From: Desulfobulbus propionicus DSM 2032
Lineage (GTDB): Bacteria; Desulfobacterota; Desulfobulbia; Desulfobulbales; Desulfobulbaceae
Length of the DNA stretch: 32,000 nucleotides
Direction of reading: 5' to 3'
NCBI RefSeq assembly: GCF_000186885.1
Contig: NC_014972.1
Coordinates: 3,240,001 to 3,272,000, forward strand
The notes below the pieces were generated by a model. The model did not search any database. It worked only from the letters and a program-made list of their open reading frames with translations, and was not told the origin of the DNA. The position numbers were made by a program, and so were the translations under genes. Shown here piece after piece: positions 25,712 to 32,000 of the stretch. How positions within the stretch are numbered: the stretch's first letter is position 1; each line of letters starts with the position of its first letter.

Positions 25712-26336
25712 GGTCTTCGGCTCCGGCGAAAAAAGGATCGGTGGCCGGGTCGACGGTGCGCAGCCATTGGGCAATGGCGGTGTCATAGCTTGCGGTCAGC
25801 TCAAACACCTTGCGGGCCAGGCGAAACCGGGTGGCCAAGGTGGTGTTGCCGTACGCATGCAACTCAGTGAGCACCTGGGGGTAATCGGCCGGATCGACGA
25901 TCACGGTGACATCGTGAAAATTCTTGGCCGAGGCCCGCAACAGGGTCGGACCGCCGATGTCGATATGTTCGATGGCGTCCGCCAACGTACAGCCGGCCTT
26001 GGCCACGGTCTGGGCAAAGGCATAAAGGTTGACCGCCACGATGTCGATCGGCTTGATCCCGTGCTGCCGGCACTGTTGTTGATGGGCTTCGTTGGCGCGC
26101 TGGTTGAGGATGCCGCCATGAACCAGGGGATGCAGCGTCTTGACCCGGCCATCGAGCATCTCGGGAAAACCGGTGAATTCAGACACATCGGTTACCGCAA
26201 TGCCGCTTGCGCGCAGCTTCTGGGCCGTACCACCCGTGGACAGGATCTCGATGCCCATGGCGGCCAGCGCCCCGGCAAAATCCTCACATCCCGATTTATC
26301 GGTCAGGCTGATCAGCGCCCGTTCCACTCGTTTCAT
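25704..26336 (-). CDS. purH: Stand-alone IMP cyclohydrolase (PurH N-terminal MGS-like domain only, 210 aa)
   Basis: [10 protein letters not shown]...[10 protein letters not shown]...[21 protein letters not shown]...VAVNLYAF...[14 protein letters not shown] is collinear with the first ~200 aa of E. coli PurH. The protein then stops, with no AICAR transformylase domain. SD GAAGGAG upstream. Confidence 0.88.
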   Translation of the reverse strand: MKRVERALISLTDKSGCEDFAGALAAMGIEILSTGGTAQKLRASGIAVTDVSEFTGFPEMLDGRVKTLHPLVHGGILNQRANEAHQQQCRQHGIKPIDIVAVNLYAFAQTVAKAGCTLADAIEHIDIGGPTLLRASAKNFHDVTVIVDPADYPQVLTELHAYGNTTLATRFRLARKVFELTASYDTAIAQWLRTVDPATDPFFAGAEDHA

Positions 26337-26354
26337 CGTTTCTCCTTCACCGGC

Positions 26355-26735
26355 TTACTCTTTTTTCAAAAATTGACGGATTTTCCGCCGTTCATGTTTA
26401 TCCGGCCGCCGCTCGGGTGGATTGCCCTGCAGACGAGCCATCCGTCGTTCGGCTGCCAGTTGTTCACGCCTGTCCATGGAGTCCTGGGTTTCCGCATACA
26501 GGGTCCTGGCTGCCGCCGCCGGCCCGCGCTGCTCGCTGAGGGCAATGATCTGCACCGTGAATGCCAGCAATTCCTGGCGAATGACCAGCATGTCACCCTT
26601 TTGCACCATTCTGGACGGCTTGGCTTTGTTGCCGTTGAGGGTCACATGGCCGCCGCTCACCGCCTTGGCCGCCAAGGACCGGGTCTTGAAAAAGCGGGCG
26701 GCCCACAGCCATTTGTCGATGCGCACACTGTCCAT
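26355..26735 (-). CDS. hslR: Ribosome-associated heat-shock protein Hsp15 (S4-domain)
   Basis: VRIDKWLWAARFFKTRSLAAKAVSGGHVTLNG...KPS...V..GD, with the C-terminal RRPDKHERRKIRQF. Start chosen at MDSVRIDKW by analogy with E. coli Hsp15. TTG 26792 is the alternative. Confidence 0.88.
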   Translation of the reverse strand: MDSVRIDKWLWAARFFKTRSLAAKAVSGGHVTLNGNKAKPSRMVQKGDMLVIRQELLAFTVQIIALSEQRGPAAAARTLYAETQDSMDRREQLAAERRMARLQGNPPERRPDKHERRKIRQFLKKE

Positions 26736-26777
26736 GTTCACCACAAGGTCTCTGTATCGGGTCAAAATACCACAGTT

Positions 26778-26824
26778 ATCGGCAACGATCAAACAAAGAA
26801 GCGCTGACCGAGACCGTTGCCGAT
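26778..26824. repeat. 10-bp perfect inverted repeat atcggcaacg ... cgttgccgat with 27-nt spacing, in the hslR/folE2-like divergent region
   Basis: Read directly: arms at 26778-26787 and 26815-26824. The left arm lies in the spacer of a possible minus-strand promoter (TTGATC-17-TATTTT, plus coordinates 26764-26792). Confidence 0.5.
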
Positions 26825-26876
26825 CCGGTGAAAATGGGGTATGTGGGAGCGATTATCCCTTCGTTGAGATCTGCCC

Positions 26877-27632
26877 ATGCCTTTACAATCCGTCGGAATC
26901 AGCAATTTCACCTGCCCTGTTCGCATCCCTGAAAAGGGGGGCGGCATTCAGCACACCGTCGCGGTCATCGACCTGCTCGCGCGCACCCCCCAGGATCGGC
27001 TCGCGTCCTGTGTCACTCTCATGACCGGACTATTGGCCGAGTTTCTGCCGGACGTGAATGCCGGCATCTTCCCCGCCCTGCTGAGCAAAGTGCGCCAACA
27101 GCTCCAGGCCAGGGAGGCCAAGCTGGAAATGCGGTTTCCCTACTTCATCGCCAAACACGCTCCGGTCACTGGAACCGTTAGCCTCATGGAGTACCAGTGT
27201 GTCTTTACCGCCTCGTCGGAAACCAGCGGCGAGCCCCAGCTGACGGTGGTGGTCCCGGTCACCACCCTTTGCCCCTGTTCCAAGGAAATCAGCGAGGCCG
27301 GCGCCCACAACCAGCGGGCCGAGGTCACCCTCACCGTCCGGCCGCTGGGCCTGATCTGGCTGGAAGATCTGATCGCCATGGTGGAAGGGTGCGGCTCGTC
27401 CGAGGTCTATGCCCTGCTCAAGCGTCCCGATGAAAAATATGTGACGGAAAAGGCCTATGCCCAGCCGATGTTCGTCGAGGATGTAGCCCGCAAGGTGGCC
27501 CAGCGGGCCATGACTCACCCCGAGATCGCCTGGTTTTCGGTGGGAGTGGAGAGTTTTGAATCGATCCACAAGCACAGCGCCTATGCCTTTGTCGACAGCC
27601 GCGACCTCGAGCCTCATTCCGTGGCCTCCTGA
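26877..27632 (+). CDS. folE2: GTP cyclohydrolase FolE2/MptA-family protein (divergent, short N-terminus)
   Basis: Strong C-terminal family motifs are present: VPVTTLCPCSKEISEAGAHNQRAEVTLTV, LLKRPDEKYVTEKAY..PMFVEDVAR and ESFESIHKHSAYAF. The N-terminal third is divergent (see findings). Confidence 0.8.
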   Translation: MPLQSVGISNFTCPVRIPEKGGGIQHTVAVIDLLARTPQDRLASCVTLMTGLLAEFLPDVNAGIFPALLSKVRQQLQAREAKLEMRFPYFIAKHAPVTGTVSLMEYQCVFTASSETSGEPQLTVVVPVTTLCPCSKEISEAGAHNQRAEVTLTVRPLGLIWLEDLIAMVEGCGSSEVYALLKRPDEKYVTEKAYAQPMFVEDVARKVAQRAMTHPEIAWFSVGVESFESIHKHSAYAFVDSRDLEPHSVAS

Positions 27633-27644
27633 TCGCGCCGACCA

Positions 27645-29108
27645 TCAAGCGGATGTGCCCAGCCCGCCGAAACAGAGGTACTTCAGCTCCAGATATTCCT
27701 CAAGGCCGTACTTTGACCCTTCCCGTCCGATGCCCGATTCCTTGATGCCGCCGAACGGCGCCGCCTCCGATGACGTCCGGCCGGTATTGATCCCCACCAT
27801 GCCGTACTCGAGCGCCTCGGCGGTCCGCCAAATTCGTCCGATATCGCGACTGTAGAAGTAAGCGGCCAGTCCGTAGGGCGTGTTGTTGGCCAAGGCCACG
27901 GCCTCCTGATCGTCTTTGAAGGAAAAGAGCGGCGCCACCGGACCGAAGGTCTCGTCACTGGCAATCAGCATCTCGGGACTGGCGTCAAGCAGCACCGTGG
28001 GTTCGAAGAAAAATCCGGCCGTTCCCAACCGTTTGCCACCGCAGGCAATCCGCGCCCCCTTGGCCACGGCATCGTCAATCTGCGCCTCGACCTTGCGCAC
28101 CGCGTCCAGATCGATCAGCGGCCCCTGCTGCACCCCTTCCTCGAACCCATTGCCCACCCTGAGCTGCTGGACGGCCTCGACCAGTTTGGCGGCAAACCGT
28201 GCATACACCTTTTCCTGAACAATGAAGCGGTTGGCACACACACAGGTTTGCCCGGAGTTGCGATATTTCGAAGCCATGGCTCCCCGGACCGCCTCGTCGA
28301 GGTCAGCGTCGTCGAAAACGATGAACGGGGCATGTCCTCCCAATTCCAGAGAAACCCGCTTGACCGTGGCGGCGCAGTCGCGCATGAGGATCTTGCCCAC
28401 TTGGGTCGAACCGGTGAAGCTGAGCTTGCGGACCAGGGGGTTGGCGGTCATCTCGGCGCCGATCACCGCCGCCGGACCGGTCACCACATTGAACACCCCG
28501 GGCGGCATGCCGGCCTCCTCGGCCAATCGGGCCAGGGCCAGAGCGGAAAAGGGGGTGCTGCTCGACGGCTTGACCACCACCGGACAGCCGGCGGCCAAGG
28601 CGGGCGCTGCCTTGCGGGTGACCATCGAGGAAGGAAAATTCCAGGGGGTGATGGCGGCACAGACGCCCACCGGCTCCTTGAGCACCACGATCCGTTTGCC
28701 CTGCTGGCCGATGGGAATGGTGTCGCCGTACACCCGCTTGGCCTCTTCCGCGTACCATTCGACATAACTGGCGCCGTGAAGCACCTCCTCCCTGGCCTCA
28801 GCCAGCGGCTTGCCCTGTTCCATGGTCATGATCACCGCCAGGTCGCGATGGTGTTCGACCAGCAGATCGAACCATCGCCGCAGCAGCCGCGACCGATCCT
28901 TGGCGGTCAAGGCTCGCCAACCCGGCCAGGCGCGATGGGCGGCCTCGATGACGGCCGCGGTTTCCCTGTTGTCTAGGGCTGGCACCGAACCGATGGCCCG
29001 GCCGCTGGCCGGATCAACCACCTCTATCCGTTTGCCGGCGACGCTGTCTATCCATCGACCACCAGCAAAGCATTGGGAGCGCAACAGCTCTTGATGACGT
29101 ACTTTCAT
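27645..29108 (-). CDS. gabD: NAD(P)-dependent succinate-semialdehyde dehydrogenase
   Basis: Collinear with E. coli GabD: WRALTAKDRSRLLRRWFDLL..H..DLA.IMT.EQGKPLAEA; catalytic LELGG and GQTCVCANR; C-terminal PFGGIKESGIGREGS. SD GAAGAGGGGG lies before ATG 29108. Confidence 0.9.
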   Translation of the reverse strand: MKVRHQELLRSQCFAGGRWIDSVAGKRIEVVDPASGRAIGSVPALDNRETAAVIEAAHRAWPGWRALTAKDRSRLLRRWFDLLVEHHRDLAVIMTMEQGKPLAEAREEVLHGASYVEWYAEEAKRVYGDTIPIGQQGKRIVVLKEPVGVCAAITPWNFPSSMVTRKAAPALAAGCPVVVKPSSSTPFSALALARLAEEAGMPPGVFNVVTGPAAVIGAEMTANPLVRKLSFTGSTQVGKILMRDCAATVKRVSLELGGHAPFIVFDDADLDEAVRGAMASKYRNSGQTCVCANRFIVQEKVYARFAAKLVEAVQQLRVGNGFEEGVQQGPLIDLDAVRKVEAQIDDAVAKGARIACGGKRLGTAGFFFEPTVLLDASPEMLIASDETFGPVAPLFSFKDDQEAVALANNTPYGLAAYFYSRDIGRIWRTAEALEYGMVGINTGRTSSEAAPFGGIKESGIGREGSKYGLEEYLELKYLCFGGLGTSA

Positions 29109-29139
29109 TGCCCCCTCTTCACGGGTCATCAAAAAGAAA

Positions 29140-29174
29140 GCAGGCAGCATGCCGAAAATGAAGCTGCTGCCTGC
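29140..29174. other. GC-rich hairpin in the gabD / PilZ divergent intergenic region
   Basis: gcaggcagca (29140-29149) pairs with tgctgcctgc (29165-29174), giving a 10-bp stem and a 15-nt loop. It lies 32-66 nt upstream of the gabD ATG on the minus strand. Confidence 0.45.
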
Positions 29175-29300
29175 AGGTGGGTTACTTTTATCTTCAGGAT
29201 CACTCCAGGTGTGCTACTATGCCTTGAAGGATGCCATCATACACCGGGACGTGTCTTTTTTCATCCCGATAACAGCCGCACGACAAAAGAGCAGGCCTAG

Positions 29301-29765
29301 ATGAACATTGAGCAGCGCCGATCCCCCCGCCTTGTCGATTACCTCCCTCTTGAAGTGCATGTCGTCCACAAACGGGACGGCCACGTCATTGCCGGCCCGT
29401 TCTCGGGAAGAATCATCGACCTGTCGATCCATGGCGCGTGCCTGCTGATGAGCCAAGTCATGCACGAACGTTTTCACCTCTTCTACTCGACCCGCGAGAC
29501 GGATGAGAGGTTGTTGCACCTGACCATCGATCATCCACCCGAGCTGCAGCATTGCACCCTTGCTGCCCAACCGGTCTGGATGGCGCTCTTTCGACAGCAG
29601 CAAATACGCGCCTTTAAGATAGGGGTCGAATTCACGGGGAATCCGGAAAAGCAGCACATGCGGGAAATTCAGGAAGCGTTGCGAAAAAATCGGCCAGAGA
29701 GAAGCAACAAATGGATTGAATTGTGCAGTTATTTCGCGGGCCGCAGAGAGCGGGACTGCCGCTGA
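29301..29765 (+). CDS. PilZ domain protein (predicted c-di-GMP receptor)
   Basis: The QRRSPR motif (RxxxR, nt 29316-29330) and DLSIHG (D/NxSxxG, nt 29418-29435) have canonical spacing. Third-codon positions in this frame are predominantly G/C, supporting the plus-strand reading. Confidence 0.85.
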   Translation: MNIEQRRSPRLVDYLPLEVHVVHKRDGHVIAGPFSGRIIDLSIHGACLLMSQVMHERFHLFYSTRETDERLLHLTIDHPPELQHCTLAAQPVWMALFRQQQIRAFKIGVEFTGNPEKQHMREIQEALRKNRPERSNKWIELCSYFAGRRERDCR

Positions 29766-29767
29766 AC

Positions 29768-31324
29768 TCATCGTGTTTGTTCTTTTTCGCCAAGAAGCGT
29801 AAAGACCGGAATGGCTTTTTCAACTCCCCGCAGGTGCATCTCGCCCAATTCCTTGAGCTCGAAATGATCGGCGATCGCTTGGCGCACCGCCTCGGTGATA
29901 TAAATCCGGCCCGATGAGGACTCGGCGGACAGGCGCTGGGCAATATTGACCTCATTGCCGACCACCGTGTAATCGAGCCGCTTGGTGGAGCCGATATTGC
30001 CCAGAAAAATCGTGCCGCAGGTTACGGCGATCCCCAAATCCACCAAGGCAAATTCAGCGCTGCGCCGCATCCATTGCTCCCGCAGCTCCGCAAACCGTCT
30101 CCTGACCGCCCATGCAGCATGCGCTGCCGCCAAGTTTGGCCGCTCCAGCTTGATCGGTGCGCCGAACACCGCCAGGACCGCATCCCCCATGAACTTATCG
30201 ACCGTCCCCTGCCAGTGAAACACTTCCTCGGTGAAAAATTGAAAGAATTCGTTGAGGAACACGCGGAGTTCCCGCAGATCGATGCGCTGGACCAAACGGG
30301 TAAAATTGCGGATATCGGCAAAAAGGACGGTCACCTCGGTGATTTCGCCCAACGCCATCAAATCGGTATTGCCGCCTTTCAGCAGCAGCTCAGCCACCTC
30401 GGGGGCCACATACTGTTCGAACAGGGTGCGCATGCGGATAGTTGCGGCCAACTGCTGCCGTGCCCGCAAATTTTCCAGGGCATTGGCCGCCTGGCTGCAA
30501 ATGATCCCGAGCAGTTCGGTATCCGCCTCGGAAAAACGTTCATCGGTCAATTTTTGACTGATGTTGAGCACCCCGATCACCCGTTCGCGAATGCGGAGCG
30601 GAAAAGAAACAGCGGAAACGATATCTGGCTGGCGGAGCAGCGCCGAAAAGATGGAGGCATGCTGATCCTCCTTGTTAAGAATGACCGACTTGCCCTGCTG
30701 AAAAACCCAACCGGCGATCTGGGCCCCGGGCTTGAGCCGGATGGATCGGGCCAGGACCGGATCCATGCCCCGGGAAGCGGCAATATGAAGACTCCCTTCC
30801 TGGAGGTCATAAAGCATTACCGAAATATGACTGGCGCCTGTCTGCTGTTCCACCGCGGTCACCAAGCCATCGAGGATTTCCTGCTCACTGGTCGCCGCAA
30901 GAAATTGCTCGCCGAGGCTGTAGAGGGGAATCAGGGTGCGTAACCGGATGTTTTCCTGTTGCAACCGGTGGCGTTCCAGAACCAGCTCGACGGCCCGTGT
31001 CAGATGCACCGGATTGCCAGGCCATTCCACCAATCCGGAAAGGCCCACCTCCAACACGCCCCGCGGCAATTCCGGACGGAGCGAAGCGGACAGCAACACC
31101 CCGGCCACGCCCGGCTGGGCAGCATTGAGAGCGGCAAAGACCTGGCAGCCGTCCATGGCGAGGGCATCCTCGACAATCAGCACCACGGCAACTGCTTGGC
31201 GGGCACAGATGTGGATTGCCGCCGATACGTCGCGGCAGCGAATCATCTTTATGTGCGACAATATCGCCATTACCTCCCCGGCCTGCGCATCGTCGGCGGC
31301 AAGGAGGACCACAGGAGTTTTCAT
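29768..31324 (-). CDS. Receiver (atypical) - GAF - class III adenylate cyclase
   Basis: REC: LLAADD...VVLIVEDALAMDG...VLLSAS, but WP replaces the conserved KP. GAF: about aa 140-285. Cyclase: metal Asp residues in VLFADIRNFT and FMGDAV, substrate Lys in TVDKFMGD with Thr in DYTVVG (class IIIb, adenine type), and GNEVNIAQRL. Confidence 0.9.
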   Translation of the reverse strand: MKTPVVLLAADDAQAGEVMAILSHIKMIRCRDVSAAIHICARQAVAVVLIVEDALAMDGCQVFAALNAAQPGVAGVLLSASLRPELPRGVLEVGLSGLVEWPGNPVHLTRAVELVLERHRLQQENIRLRTLIPLYSLGEQFLAATSEQEILDGLVTAVEQQTGASHISVMLYDLQEGSLHIAASRGMDPVLARSIRLKPGAQIAGWVFQQGKSVILNKEDQHASIFSALLRQPDIVSAVSFPLRIRERVIGVLNISQKLTDERFSEADTELLGIICSQAANALENLRARQQLAATIRMRTLFEQYVAPEVAELLLKGGNTDLMALGEITEVTVLFADIRNFTRLVQRIDLRELRVFLNEFFQFFTEEVFHWQGTVDKFMGDAVLAVFGAPIKLERPNLAAAHAAWAVRRRFAELREQWMRRSAEFALVDLGIAVTCGTIFLGNIGSTKRLDYTVVGNEVNIAQRLSAESSSGRIYITEAVRQAIADHFELKELGEMHLRGVEKAIPVFTLLGEKEQTR

Positions 31325-31464
31325 TGATGGGCTCGCTGGAATTCCATACTTTTCAAAGCGATGTTACCATCGACCAGGAGGCAAGGCAAGCAATAGCGCC
31401 AAAAGAAGCCCCTTGCCGGGTTGGTCCCGCTGTTCATTTCCTTCCACCTGAGGTATACTCGGCC

Positions 31465-32000
31465 ATGCTTGCACAACTACCCCACAGTCCGCTCGCCGAG
31501 CGGATGCGCCCCACCCGCCTGGAAGATTTTGTCGGCCAGCGCCATCTGGTTGGCGAGGGCAAATTCCTCAACCAGCTGATCGACAGCGGCCGAATTCCCT
31601 CGCTGGTCCTCTGGGGGCCGCCCGGATCGGGCAAGACCACCTTGGCCACCATCCTTGCCCACGCCGTCTCTGCCCATTTCGTCTTTTTCTCCGCAGTACT
31701 CTCGGGGGTCAAGGAGATACGGCAGATCGTCGATCAGGCCAAGTCTGTCCATGAACAGGACGGCAGGCCGACCATTCTCTTTGTCGACGAAATCCACCGC
31801 TTCAACAAGAGCCAGCAGGACGCCTTTCTGCCCCACGTGGAAAGTGGCCTGCTGACCCTGATCGGAGCGACAACGGAAAATCCGTCGTTCCAGATCACCG
31901 CTCCCCTGCTCTCCCGCTGCCAGGTCCTGCTCCTCGCTCCACTCGACCGCAACGATCTCAAACAGGTCATGCGGCGCGCCCTCATCGATACCTCGGTCGG
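31465..32000 (+). CDS. rarA: Replication-associated recombination protein A (AAA+ ATPase RarA/MgsA), 3' end truncated by the window
   Basis: My own translation from ATG 31465 reads [61 protein letters not shown]...[38 protein letters not shown]...LLSRC. It is not in the ORF track because no stop occurs before the window end. GAGG lies 11 nt upstream. Confidence 0.92.
   Translation, partial: MLAQLPHSPLAERMRPTRLEDFVGQRHLVGEGKFLNQLIDSGRIPSLVLWGPPGSGKTTLATILAHAVSAHFVFFSAVLSGVKEIRQIVDQAKSVHEQDGRPTILFVDEIHRFNKSQQDAFLPHVESGLLTLIGATTENPSFQITAPLLSRCQVLLLAPLDRNDLKQVMRRALIDTSV

Noticed and set aside
26829-26876. In-frame TGA (26865-26867) upstream of the folE2-like start, as possible selenocysteine or read-through
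   Set aside because: FolE2 is not a known selenoprotein family. I saw no SECIS-like hairpin immediately downstream of the TGA. The short upstream peptide (MWERLSLR) does not resemble the FolE2 N-terminus closely enough. It is kept only as context in the folE2 finding.
29217-29771. 184-aa minus-strand ORF whose ATG overlaps the cyclase stop (ATGA), which looks like a translationally coupled downstream gene
   Set aside because: It is exactly antisense to the PilZ ORF. That ORF has canonical RxxxR and DxSxxG motifs at the correct spacing and G/C-rich third positions. The antisense product has no recognisable motif. I judge the ATGA coincidental, although Ribo-seq could settle it.
29768-31324. 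Cyclase as part of a Pycsar/CBASS-type anti-phage signalling system
   Set aside because: The cyclase carries REC and GAF sensory domains and a Lys/Thr purine-type specificity pair. It is not a CD-NTase, and it is not adjacent to a CNB-TM/TIR or other effector; its neighbour is a PilZ protein. This is ordinary signal-transduction architecture rather than a defence-operon architecture.
1-32000. Scan for CRISPR arrays, tRNA/rRNA genes, IS/transposase or integrase genes, tandem repeats and GEMM-type c-di-GMP riboswitches in intergenic regions
   Set aside because: Reading by eye, I found no repeat-spacer periodicity, no tRNA T-arm/acceptor patterns, no transposase or integrase ORFs, and no GEMM-I-like conserved blocks upstream of the ATPase or PilZ genes. 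The only short direct repeat noted (aatatcgaca twice, 2899-2925) is inside coding sequence (NIDINNID). Detection by eye is limited, so a tRNAscan/Infernal/CRISPR-finder run would be the proper check.

Overview
This 32 kb chromosomal window has mixed GC: hand counts of single 60-nt lines run from about 40% to 70%. It also carries many long stop-free antisense ORFs. The protein set looks like an anaerobic Desulfobacterota/Deltaproteobacteria-type genome, but that is inference only. All identifications come from motif recognition by eye; I ran no database search.

I support 26 protein-coding genes. Two are cut by the window edges. The 3' one, rarA, is missing from the supplied ORF track because it has no stop codon in the window. 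I saw no rRNA, tRNA, CRISPR array, IS element or integrase.

Gene order:
- Plus strand: tandem-receiver C-terminus of a hybrid sensor, then a YihY/BrkB membrane protein, then a ParB/Srx-fold fusion protein.
- A MoeA-like molybdopterin-binding protein (minus), Trm112-like (plus), ppsA (minus).
- Plus strand: phosphohexomutase, nifU, nifS, thyX.
- Plus strand: an MshE/GspE-type ATPase with an extra C-terminal cNMP-binding domain, start/stop-overlapped with a GT2 glycosyltransferase.
- A roughly 10 kb co-directional minus-strand run: hslR, stand-alone IMP cyclohydrolase, purN, pyrR, GAF histidine-kinase-like protein, tandem U32 protein, msbA, O-antigen-ligase family protein, GT9.
- A divergent folE2-like gene, gabD, a PilZ protein, a REC-GAF class III adenylate cyclase, and rarA.

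Most of this is housekeeping. The parts I would re-examine are:
1. The MshEN + ATPase + cNMP-binding fusion and its coupling to a glycosyltransferase inside an LPS gene neighbourhood.
2. The ParB/CTPase-fold protein with a large unassigned N-terminal domain, overlapping the yihY-like gene.
3. The PilZ / REC-GAF-cyclase pair, which could supply the cAMP sensed by item 1.
4. Several divergent enzymes: a FolE2-like protein lacking the GTHMSRF-type motif, a kinase with a degenerate G1 box, and a stand-alone PurH N-domain.

None of these is demonstrated to be novel. Each needs profile, structure and neighbourhood searches that I cannot run.
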